From Patescibacteria group bacterium (GTDB taxonomy: Bacteria > Patescibacteriota > Microgenomatia > Levybacterales > UBA12049), in assembly GCA_023473545.1 (NCBI GenBank), contig JAMCXO010000013.1, positions 1 to 44,209 on the forward strand: a DNA stretch of 44,209 bases, in the 5' to 3' direction. Under the pieces are notes generated by a model, which was given only the letters and a program-made list of their open reading frames with translations, was not told the origin of the DNA and searched no databases. Of the stretch, positions 1-7,548 are shown piece after piece. A program made the translations under genes and the position numbers. The stretch's first letter is position 1, and the number at the start of each line of letters is the position of its first letter.

Positions 1-123
1 CCAACAGACAAACAGATAGAATAATTGTCCAATTAATTCTCGTTAAAAAACTTTGGTCAATAAGCGTTGACCATATCGAATGCAGGATGAGAAAAAAAGA
101 AGAAACAAAGATTAGTATGGCTG

Positions 124-324
124 TTGGAGCTATCATTGGTGCTTGGATTCTGGCCTGTTAGTTCCACGGTCATTGCCATATTTCTTACGGGATTTTTCTA
201 TATTATTGTGGGTATATCGCAGGTGTGGCTGGACAGGAGGCTTTTTAAAGGAGTGATATGGGAGTATATTTGGGTCGGCACCATAGCTTTTTGCCTATTA
301 ATGCTTTCTACTTTTATTGGTTGA
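124..324 (+). CDS. hypothetical small membrane protein, possibly frameshifted
   Basis: 66-aa ORF that is almost entirely hydrophobic. An ATG at 87 opens another frame (MRKKEETKISMAVGAIIGAWILAC, stop 159-161) that reads like a missing N-terminus. A frameshift or assembly error near 150-170 is therefore possible. No family recognised. Confidence 0.25.
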   Translation: MELSLVLGFWPVSSTVIAIFLTGFFYIIVGISQVWLDRRLFKGVIWEYIWVGTIAFCLLMLSTFIG

Positions 325-420
325 GTTCTTGCTGATTTTGTCTTCAAAAAGTTTTTGGGAAAGAGAAAAAGGGAAGGGAAGAGGGTATTCATTTTTTCAT
401 TCATATTAGCAGACTTTATG

Positions 421-505
421 CTTTATTGCTTGATATAGTTTTATATAGTTAATATTATAGGATTATTTATAGCTTTTATAGTTTTGTGGATAACTATTTT
501 TCACA
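421..505. repeat. AT-rich tract with five phased TATAG motifs followed by two DnaA-box-like 9-mers
   Basis: TATAG starts at 434, 444, 456, 468 and 477 (spacing 9-12 bp); three copies read TATAGTT. tgtggataa at 485-493 is a perfect TTATCCACA on the minus strand. tttttcaca at 497-505 fits the relaxed TTWTNCACA. Confidence 0.5.
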
Positions 506-1195
506 GCTTATAGGTCTACTTTTCACGGATAAAGACCCGGGCTAGAGCCTATCTCAATCAAAACCGTTACCCCTCGTAGGCATTCAGGAGTTTCCAAAAC
601 CGCCTCATCGCGAGGCTATTGATGCAGCCGTGGCGATCAGGTGAGATTGCTTCTCTACGCTTGCAATGACGATTTTAATGAGCCCGCGTTAGCAGTAAGA
701 CTTGAAAAAAATACGAAAACGTTTTTTAAGGAGTTTTGAGGCTAAAATTTAATGTTTAGGTTGATAAATCAAGCTAAATTGTGATCGTCGGTAAAAAAGG
801 GAGGGGCTTTTCATATCGTTTTCGGCCTGCGATTTTGTTATATTGAATAGGTTTTAGCCTTTTTTCATTTTTAGAGATTCATAATGCGGGTAATTTACTT
901 GGGTCTCGCCTACGCAATACGTCCTGGATTTAAAATATAAGGCAGTTGTGAACCGGGGAGCCTGGAATTACTACGACGCACAATAATACTTTTGCGACAT
1001 GAAAAAGATCGTAGCCTGGGGAAGTAACTGTTTGGTTAGTTTTCTTAATTCTTAAATTTTATAAGTCTTTAATTAGTAAAGGTCTAATGTTTACCCTATC
1101 CTTTTGCGCAATTTCGCCTTACGCGCAGATATCTACTACTATAGGATTTTGGCGATAAAGGTAGCCCTAGCACCCTTCTTAGCCACATTCTAATA

Positions 1196-1236
1196 TTGAC
1201 AATTAACTTGACAATTAACTTGACAATTTCTATAAT
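1196..1236 (+). promoter_or_regulatory. 12-bp direct repeat TTGACAATTAAC (2.75 copies) embedding a consensus sigma70-type promoter for the Fic gene
   Basis: Repeat copies at 1196-1207 and 1208-1219, with a partial copy at 1220-1228. TTGACA at 1208-1213, a 17-nt spacer, and TATAAT at 1231-1236. The ATG at 1243 is only 6 nt downstream of the -10 box. Confidence 0.7.
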
Positions 1237-1242
1237 AGAACC

Positions 1243-2250
1243 ATGTTTACTCCTAAATTTACCCTTACGCCAAAACTGCTTACGAACCTAACCGAAATTG
1301 AGCGTTTTTACGGTCAGCTTGAGGGGATAAGGATCCCAAAACAACTGGAGTTAAATCTTGAAAGAACTAATCTGATAGAATCCTCCTATGCGTCAAATAG
1401 TATCGAAGGAAATCCTCTGTCGGTAGGAGAGGTAACAAATTTACTTTTAAATGACCGTGTGCCGACAAACAGAAGCGAAAAGGAAGTTGTGAATTATTTT
1501 TTAATTCTTAAAAACCTTGAAGAGAGAAAAAATGAGGCGTTTGATCTTGCGGTCATACTTGCTATCCATAAACAGCTTTTAGATGGCGTAAATGATGATA
1601 TAAAAGGAAAAATTCGAAATGTGCCGATTATTGTCGGCAAAAGACAGCCGGATCAGATAATTATTAAACATAACCCTTCCCGCCATGATAGAAAAAGTAT
1701 TGAAATCGCTTTAAATCAACTGACCAACTGGCTGGAAAAGACTGATATTTCCTCAATTCTAAAGGCCGGTATTTTTCATCATGAGTTTGTGTATCTTCAC
1801 CCTTTTGAAGACGGAAACGGAAGGGTTTGCCGACTCTTAACGGCTCTGATTCTGCTTTCGGCTGATTATCGGATAAACAAATACTTTGTTTTGGATGATT
1901 ACTATGACGTTGACAGAAGTCTTTATTCCGATTCTCTTCACAGCGCCGATTGGGGCGATAAAACCAACTGGCTGGAATATTTCACGGATGGAGTAAAATA
2001 CTCCCTTCAAAGCGCCCTGGGACGGGTTCGGGAAGATGTCGCCAAGCTCTCGTTAGATATAAGACCGTCGCCAAAAGAGCATCAGGCGCTGGAAATTGCA
2101 AGGCAGTATAAAGAACTGACATCTTCCGATTTGGTAAAAGAATTAAATATAACCAGACAGCAAGCTTTTAACCTGCTGAAATCACTTACCGAAAAAGGAT
2201 TCCTGGAGAAAAAAGGCGCAACTAAAAGCAGTTTCTATATTTTGAGATAA
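1243..2250 (+). CDS. Fic family protein (AMPylase-type) with an N-terminal inhibitory motif and a C-terminal winged-helix-like tail
   Basis: Canonical Fic motif HPFEDGNGRVCR (HxFx[D/E]GNGRxxR). The upstream SNSIEG fits the [S/T]xxxE[G/N] autoinhibitory helix motif. The C-terminal ~60 aa look like an HTH. Confidence 0.85.
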   Translation: MFTPKFTLTPKLLTNLTEIERFYGQLEGIRIPKQLELNLERTNLIESSYASNSIEGNPLSVGEVTNLLLNDRVPTNRSEKEVVNYFLILKNLEERKNEAFDLAVILAIHKQLLDGVNDDIKGKIRNVPIIVGKRQPDQIIIKHNPSRHDRKSIEIALNQLTNWLEKTDISSILKAGIFHHEFVYLHPFEDGNGRVCRLLTALILLSADYRINKYFVLDDYYDVDRSLYSDSLHSADWGDKTNWLEYFTDGVKYSLQSALGRVREDVAKLSLDIRPSPKEHQALEIARQYKELTSSDLVKELNITRQQAFNLLKSLTEKGFLEKKGATKSSFYILR

Positions 2251-2313
2251 TCCGGGCTTGAAATTTTAATTAACTTCAACTGAATCATTTTTTGATCCTG
2301 TTTTACAGCCGGG

Positions 2314-2341
2314 TTGACAAAAATAGTCAATGCCGTACAAT
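2314..2341 (+). promoter_or_regulatory. sigma70-type promoter of the recombinase gene
   Basis: TTGACA at 2314-2319, a 16-nt spacer, and TACAAT at 2336-2341. It lies inside the ORF-track N-terminal extension, which argues that the real start is the ATG at 2377. Confidence 0.55.
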
Positions 2342-2376
2342 TAGATTGTAAACATTTGCGCGCCGCAATTTGTCTT

Positions 2377-3312
2377 ATGCAAAATAATTCCTTAGCGGAG
2401 CTGATTAATCAATTTCTGGAATATCTCAAGATAGAGCGAAACGCCTCGAAACTTACGATTCGCGACTACAGGCATTATCTGGAAACTTTTAACAACTGGT
2501 TCTCCTCTGCCCTGCCCGGTAAATCAATAGAAAAGCTGGATCTTGCTACTGTCCGTAAATACAGGGTTTTTTTATCGGAGAGGGTTGATGCAAAAGGCCT
2601 AACCCTAAAGCGCGTAACCCAAAATTACTATGTGATCGCTCTTAGATCCTTTCTTCGCTTTCTCATCAAAAACGATTATAAAACCCTGGAGCCGTCAAAA
2701 ATAGATCTGCCCAAAACAGAGAGCCGGAGCCTGAAATTTTTGGAAAAAGAACAGGTTGATCGGCTGGTTACGGAGTGCGACACCTCAAGAGAGGATGGAA
2801 AAAGGGACCGGGCGATTCTGGAACTTCTTTTCTCCACCGGCCTTCGCGTTTCGGAATTGGTTAAGCTCAACCGGGAGCAGATTAATTTGGAAAGGCGGGA
2901 GTTTGGGGTGATCGGCAAAGGAGGCAGGGCCAGGGTGGTTTTTATCTCGGACAGGGCGGCCGAGTGGATCAAGCGTTATATCCAAGAGCGCAAAGACAAT
3001 TTCAAGCCTTTGTTTATCCGCTATTCGGGAAGGCAATTGGAGGAAAATAACGGAGAGAAAATGCGCTTAACTGCCAGAAGCATCGAGCGGATTGTCAAAA
3101 AATACGTTCATCTGGCAAGGCTTCCGGTTGATGCGACAACCCACACTTTAAGGCATAGCTTTGCCACGGATTTGCTGACAAACGGGGCGGATATCCGCTC
3201 TGTCCAGGAAATGCTTGGGCACAAAAATATCGCCACAACCCAGATTTACACCCATGTTACAAACAAACAGCTTAGAGAAGTCCACGAGGCCTTTCATTCC
3301 GGAAATAAGTAG
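2377..3312 (+). CDS. xerC: tyrosine recombinase, XerC/XerD type
   Basis: N-terminal SAM-like core-binding domain (LINQFLEYLKIERNASKLTIRDYRHYL). Catalytic signature elements STGLRVSEL, HTLRHSFAT and LGHKNIATTQIYTHV. The start was moved to M22 of the ORF because of the promoter at 2314-2341. Confidence 0.85.
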   Translation: MQNNSLAELINQFLEYLKIERNASKLTIRDYRHYLETFNNWFSSALPGKSIEKLDLATVRKYRVFLSERVDAKGLTLKRVTQNYYVIALRSFLRFLIKNDYKTLEPSKIDLPKTESRSLKFLEKEQVDRLVTECDTSREDGKRDRAILELLFSTGLRVSELVKLNREQINLERREFGVIGKGGRARVVFISDRAAEWIKRYIQERKDNFKPLFIRYSGRQLEENNGEKMRLTARSIERIVKKYVHLARLPVDATTHTLRHSFATDLLTNGADIRSVQEMLGHKNIATTQIYTHVTNKQLREVHEAFHSGNK

Positions 3313-3324
3313 TTGGCGTAGCTT

Positions 3325-3999
3325 TTAATTTCCTTGACATTTTAAAATATCTTTTTCGAGACTCTTTGCTTCTTGTAGCCAAAATGCTTCACATTCTTTA
3401 AAATCAAACGGGATAAGCATGTGGGGATAATCTTCTCTTTCTCGAACCAGTATCATTTTTGATCCTAATTCCACAGAATCGACATACCAGTCAAATTTAC
3501 TTCTTGCCTGCAATCGCAAATCGTTAATTGTCCATCCTGTTTTTTGAATAATGCAATAAAGATCAATAAAATCCCGTGTGCGTGGTTTCGTTGCGATAGT
3601 TTGCAGTTTATTGATTGCAATGTCCCGCATGCTGTCAAGTGCGAGATTTTTATAAAATAGCTTTTTATCAATCCTTGGAAAGGGATAATAATTGAAGTCA
3701 ATTTTTAATAATTCTTTATTTTTACGTAAAAGGAATATATGAAGCCCCATTTGTACCCGATACTCTATATTGGTAAGTTTCAATTTTGCGGTAAGTTTTT
3801 TGATAAATCCCTGGATAAACGTTGGATTGAACTCTTCTTCACTAAAAAAATCAAGATCTTCAGAGAGCCGATGGCGCAAATGAAATTCTGCCAGTGCTGT
3901 CCCGCCGGTAAGATAGAATTGTTTAACAAGAATTGGATTATCTGCTACTTCATCCAATACTGTTCGTTGAAATGATGTCAGGATAGTTTTGGCGGCCAT
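3325..3999 (-). CDS. nucleotidyltransferase, AbiEii/AbiGii-toxin-like (DUF1814-like)
   Basis: N-terminal signature YLTGGTALAEFHLRHRLSEDLDFF matches the GG[TS]AL...R.S.DLDF nucleotidyltransferase core of AbiEii-type proteins, recalled from memory. It overlaps the upstream small gene by 22 nt. Confidence 0.6.
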   Translation of the reverse strand: MAAKTILTSFQRTVLDEVADNPILVKQFYLTGGTALAEFHLRHRLSEDLDFFSEEEFNPTFIQGFIKKLTAKLKLTNIEYRVQMGLHIFLLRKNKELLKIDFNYYPFPRIDKKLFYKNLALDSMRDIAINKLQTIATKPRTRDFIDLYCIIQKTGWTINDLRLQARSKFDWYVDSVELGSKMILVREREDYPHMLIPFDFKECEAFWLQEAKSLEKDILKCQGN

Positions 4000-4184
4000 A
4001 GCAAGAACTGTAAAAATTTTCTATATTGCGGTTCGATAGTTATTCTATCCCAGTATGTTATTAATTCGTTTCTGTCTATTTTTTCTCCATCAAGACCATA
4101 ATTAATAAGCTGTTCCAGTTTCCATATAGTGTATTTTTCAGGATTCTTTTTAAGTTGTGCCGTATCGGTATTCCAGTTATACAT
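3978..4184 (-). CDS. small conserved partner protein of the nucleotidyltransferase (antitoxin-like role is inferred)
   Basis: 68 aa, translationally overlapped with the downstream NTase. The pattern WNTD...W.LEQLINYG....I....L..YW resembles a small domain I recall being encoded next to AbiEii-like genes. Its own promoter is directly upstream. Confidence 0.4.
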   Translation of the reverse strand: MYNWNTDTAQLKKNPEKYTIWKLEQLINYGLDGEKIDRNELITYWDRITIEPQYRKFLQFLLWPPKLS

Positions 4185-4191
4185 AAACTGT

Positions 4192-4221
4192 ATTATATCG
4201 CTTTTTTGCCTTAAAGTCTAA
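4192..4221 (-). promoter_or_regulatory. sigma70-type promoter of the small-protein/NTase pair
   Basis: On the minus strand: TTAGAC (4221-4216), an 18-nt spacer, TATAAT (4197-4192), then 7 nt to the ATG at 4184. Confidence 0.5.
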
Positions 4222-4233
4222 ACTTAAAGTTTT

Positions 4234-4494
4234 CTATTTATTTGAATTCAGAAAATCGTCAGTGATTTTCCTGTTCCGCGCGACTTCCGCGGGGTTCTCC
4301 GGACGATAGTAGGATGAATCATCAGGGTCAGAATCGACTTCGGTAATGCCAAAGCGTTCCTCAAACTCCTCTAGCGTCACTGTTTTCGCCTCCGCAGACT
4401 TAAGGAACTCCCGAGCTTACGCCTGATGAGGCGGCGCCTCGCGGATTATTATTGGAAGACCAAGTGTTTCGACAATCCGTTCTTTCAAACTCAT
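4234..4494 (-). pseudogene. GC-rich 86-codon ORF interrupted by an in-frame TAA, function unknown
   Basis: Strong SD AAAGGAGG lies 8 nt upstream of the ATG at 4494. It then reads 25 codons (MSLKERIVETLGLPIIIREAPPHQA), TAA at 4419-4417, 60 further in-frame codons (AREFLKSAEAKTVTLEEFEERFGITEVDSDPDDSSYYRPENPAEVARNRKITDDFLNSNK) and TAG at 4236-4234. The segment 4260-4445 is visibly more GC-rich than its flanks. Confidence 0.5.
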
Positions 4495-4541
4495 AATTTA
4501 AACCTCCTTTCTTATGATTTCTCAAATACAAATGATAGGAT

Positions 4542-5636
4542 TTATGGCTTGATAATATTTCCGAACCCGGGTTTGGTCAGCACCTTTCCATATTCGAATA
4601 CTTTTTTTCCCCGTATAAATACTTTGTTCACTTTTCCTTTAATTTTCCATCCCGCAAACGGCGACCAGCCGCATTTGGTATGCAGGTTAGAATTCCGAAT
4701 TAAAAATTCGCAGTTAAGATCAACCTCGCTATAAGTTTGTTTATCGCTTTTAATTCCAAGAATGCGGCCGGGATTTGTATGGCAGAGGCGGATAACTTCT
4801 GCAACCGTTAATCTCTTTTGAGAAACAGCAGTCAGCAAAAACGGGAGGGTTGTTTCCAGGCCGGGTACGCCAAAAGGAGGAGGGTCTTTGCGTTTCTCCT
4901 TTATCGTATGAGGGGCATGATCCGATTCCACGACGTCAACATATTTTAAGTTCTTCCATATAAAGTTCTGATCTTTTTTACTCCTAAGAGGAGGTTTCAT
5001 TTGTCCAAACGGACCAAGTGTTCTAACGTCCTCTTCGGTTAAAAATAAATGATGCGGCGTTACCCCGCAGGTTACCGGCAGATTATTTTCTTTGGCTTTA
5101 ATGATCTGTTTAAGATCCGACGCGGTTGAGATATGGCAAAAATGCGCCTTTGCGCCGGTTTTTTTGACAAGCGAAATCACGTAGTCAACCGCGCTATCTT
5201 CGGCATGTAAAAGAATTGGTTTTTGGCTATATACTCTATCACTATGTAGCGATAGAGTCTGAAGAGACTTCCATGATTTAAATATTTTTTCTAAGTCTGC
5301 TTTCTTGATTAGGAAATTTCCGGTTGTCTCATTGAGATAGAGTTTTAGACCAAAAACCTTATCCTTCACTTTTTCAAATTCATCAATATTTCTCCCCATT
5401 GAGCCGAAATAAAAGCCCAGATCGCAAACTGTTTTTCTTTTGGCAATTTTTATTTTTTCCTCAAGTTTCCGGCTCGCGGTTATTGGGATTTTGTTATTGG
5501 GCATATCTATAATAGCGGTATACCCGCCGGCCAAAGCGGCGCAGGTGCCGGTATAAAAATCTTCTTTGTTGGTTTGTCCGGGGTCCCTCAGATGCACGTG
5601 CAGATCAATTAGTCCCGGCAGTTTAATAATCGCCAT
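4542..5636 (-). CDS. pyrC: dihydroorotase
   Basis: GLIDLHVHLRDPGQ metal-binding motif, amidohydrolase fold signatures, and a pyrimidine-gene context. Confidence 0.85.
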   Translation of the reverse strand: MAIIKLPGLIDLHVHLRDPGQTNKEDFYTGTCAALAGGYTAIIDMPNNKIPITASRKLEEKIKIAKRKTVCDLGFYFGSMGRNIDEFEKVKDKVFGLKLYLNETTGNFLIKKADLEKIFKSWKSLQTLSLHSDRVYSQKPILLHAEDSAVDYVISLVKKTGAKAHFCHISTASDLKQIIKAKENNLPVTCGVTPHHLFLTEEDVRTLGPFGQMKPPLRSKKDQNFIWKNLKYVDVVESDHAPHTIKEKRKDPPPFGVPGLETTLPFLLTAVSQKRLTVAEVIRLCHTNPGRILGIKSDKQTYSEVDLNCEFLIRNSNLHTKCGWSPFAGWKIKGKVNKVFIRGKKVFEYGKVLTKPGFGNIIKP

Positions 5637-5639
5637 AGC

Positions 5640-6842
5640 TTAAGGTTTAAAAAACTCTTTATTTTTCAGCTCATCCGGCAAAAACCAAAGATTGCCCTTT
5701 GGCCCAACATATTTTTCCGACCATATATAATCTTTTGCATAACCCAGATTTTTCATCAGCCTTGTCGGCGCGTTTCTTAGATGGAGGGGCACCGAGGCAT
5801 TGGGAAATTCGTAAAAAGCCTCCTTGGCCTTTTCCAGCGCGTTGGGTACAGCCCTTGATTTTTTTGCCAAGGATAGATAAATGCAGATATGAACCAGAAT
5901 AAGCTGGGACTCCGGCATGCCGATTTTATCAACCGCTTCAAACCCGGCGTTTGCCTGAATTAAGGCTCCCCTATCAGCCAAACCTATATCCTCGGAGGCA
6001 AAGATAATCATTCGTCTGGCGATAAACTTTGGGTCTTCTCCGTTTTCGAGCATCCTGACTAAATAGTAAACAGCGGCGTTTGCATCGCCTCCTCGCATTG
6101 ATTTTATAAACGCGCTTACCGTATTATAATGTTCATCCGCTTTTTTGTCGTAGATTCCCTTGGATTTTGTTTGAAATATGTTCTCGATAAGCCTTTCCGT
6201 TATTTCTCTATTTTTATATCCGGTTAGCGCTATTTCTAAGGCGTTTAGCATAACCCTGGCGTCTCCGGCGGATAAGCGAATGAGAAGATTTTTTGCCGTC
6301 TCCGTTATGTTTTTACGGTACTTCCCTACCCCCTTTTCCTTATTTTCCAGAGCATGTATAAGTATTTTGTTCAAATCATCATAGGCTAGGGTTTTGAGCA
6401 GGAAAACCTTGCATCTGGAAAGAAGCGGGCTTATTACCTCAAACGACGGGTTTTCCGTGGTGGCGCCGATTAAAATAATAATGCCTGTCTCAACATATGG
6501 CAGGAGTCCATCCTGCTGGGCCTTATTCCAGCGGTGAATTTCATCCACAAAAAGTATGGTTTTTCTTTTTATTTTTGCATTAGACTCCGCCTTTTTGATA
6601 ACCTTAAGCAATTCCTCTTTTCCGCTGACTACCGCGGAAAGTGTGTAAAAATCCGATTTTGTCGAGGAGGCGATAATAGCCGCAAGCGTAGTTTTGCCGC
6701 TTCCCGGAGGTCCCCAGAGAATCATCGGGAAAGCGGAGCTTGATTCTATCATCCGTCTGATAATTTTGTCTTTCCCAACCAGGTGTTCCTGGCCAAAAAA
6801 TTCATTGAGGCTTTGCGGCCTAAGTCTGTAGGCAAGATTCAT
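5640..6842 (-). CDS. rarA: replication-associated recombination protein A (AAA+ ATPase, RarA/MgsA)
   Basis: Walker [14 protein letters not shown], Walker [10 protein letters not shown], and a MgsA-type C-terminal domain (DAxxYYLxRML-like: [17 protein letters not shown]). The start was set at M10 (6842) because an extended -10 promoter sits at 6850-6858. Confidence 0.9.
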   Translation of the reverse strand: MNLAYRLRPQSLNEFFGQEHLVGKDKIIRRMIESSSAFPMILWGPPGSGKTTLAAIIASSTKSDFYTLSAVVSGKEELLKVIKKAESNAKIKRKTILFVDEIHRWNKAQQDGLLPYVETGIIILIGATTENPSFEVISPLLSRCKVFLLKTLAYDDLNKILIHALENKEKGVGKYRKNITETAKNLLIRLSAGDARVMLNALEIALTGYKNREITERLIENIFQTKSKGIYDKKADEHYNTVSAFIKSMRGGDANAAVYYLVRMLENGEDPKFIARRMIIFASEDIGLADRGALIQANAGFEAVDKIGMPESQLILVHICIYLSLAKKSRAVPNALEKAKEAFYEFPNASVPLHLRNAPTRLMKNLGYAKDYIWSEKYVGPKGNLWFLPDELKNKEFFKP

Positions 6843-6849
6843 TGAGAAT

Positions 6850-6880
6850 ATTGTAGCATGTACCGGCAAGATATTGCCGG
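6850..6880 (-). promoter_or_regulatory. extended -10 promoter of rarA preceded by a 7-bp hairpin
   Basis: On the minus strand: TGcTACAAT (6858-6850), then 7 nt to the ATG at 6842. Hairpin CCGGCAA-GATA-TTGCCGG at 6863-6880 lies just after the anti-sigma gene stop. No U-tract follows it. Confidence 0.45.
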
Positions 6881-6900
6881 CCTTTATGGGTTTGGCGGAT

Positions 6901-7548
6901 TTAGTCGGCGCGGTTTGCGTTTATGGGGATTATCTTTTCCGCGTCTTTTAGCGTCTGTTTAATTGTGTCCATTTCGGATTGATCGTTATTCCTGTGATCA
7001 TTGCCCCGGGTATTTCCGCTCTTCTCGCCTGTTTTTTCTTGGGTCGCGGCTTTGCGGATTTCTTTTGGTTCTTTTTTGGCGGAAATACCTTGGGGATTTG
7101 ACTTTTCCCGCGTTTTTTCACTTTCCCGGTTTGGGGTGGGAGTGGCGCTATTTGTTGAGGCGGCCGAAGCGGAGCTTTGCGGGGTATTCTGGGTTTCTTC
7201 TTTTTTTAACAGTTTAGGGGCGTTTTCGGTTTTTATTTGCGTTTGATAGGCGTTGAACAAACTGTTTCCTATTCTAGATGGTAAATTTTCTATCTGATTT
7301 TTATAAAAAAGCGCCGCGTTGGTGTCTTTGTTTGTGGCTTTTAAAAGAATAGTTCCCGATACCGCGATAAGGAGTATTGCCAAGGCGGCAGTCATGGCAT
7401 AGCGTAGCAAGACCGCCCGTTTCACGCCTATTCTTTCGTTTTCAATTCTTTGTTTTAGTTTTAGAAAGCCGGTTTTTTTGAATTCCCGGCCGGGTTCTAT
7501 GGCAGAATAAGCCCTCTTGAGATTTTTTAATTTTTCCTCAATTTTCAT
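6901..7548 (-). CDS. putative anti-sigma factor, single-pass membrane protein
   Basis: Overlaps the ECF sigma gene stop by 11 nt. One TM segment (AVLLRYAMTAALAILLIAVSGTILL). The C-terminal tail is low-complexity and K/E/T/S-rich. The call rests on position and topology only. Confidence 0.5.
   Translation of the reverse strand: MKIEEKLKNLKRAYSAIEPGREFKKTGFLKLKQRIENERIGVKRAVLLRYAMTAALAILLIAVSGTILLKATNKDTNAALFYKNQIENLPSRIGNSLFNAYQTQIKTENAPKLLKKEETQNTPQSSASAASTNSATPTPNRESEKTREKSNPQGISAKKEPKEIRKAATQEKTGEKSGNTRGNDHRNNDQSEMDTIKQTLKDAEKIIPINANRAD

Noticed and set aside
1196-1228. Possible CRISPR array or other spacer-repeat structure.
   Set aside because: There are only 2.75 contiguous copies of a 12-bp unit with no spacers. 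I saw no repeat-spacer periodicity of 25-40 bp anywhere in the window, and no cas genes.
405-1242. RNase P RNA, tmRNA, SRP RNA or tRNA in the long ORF-free region. For example, AAAGACCCGGGCUAG at 531-545 vaguely recalls the RNase P GAAAGUCCGGGCUC.
   Set aside because: The other universally conserved RNase P blocks are absent (for example an ACAGAA..CGGCUUA-like element). I found no tmRNA or tRNA T-arm (GGTTCGAATCC-like) anywhere in the intergenic DNA of the window, and no SRP GGAA/AGCA motif context. The resemblance is too short to mean anything without a covariance-model search.
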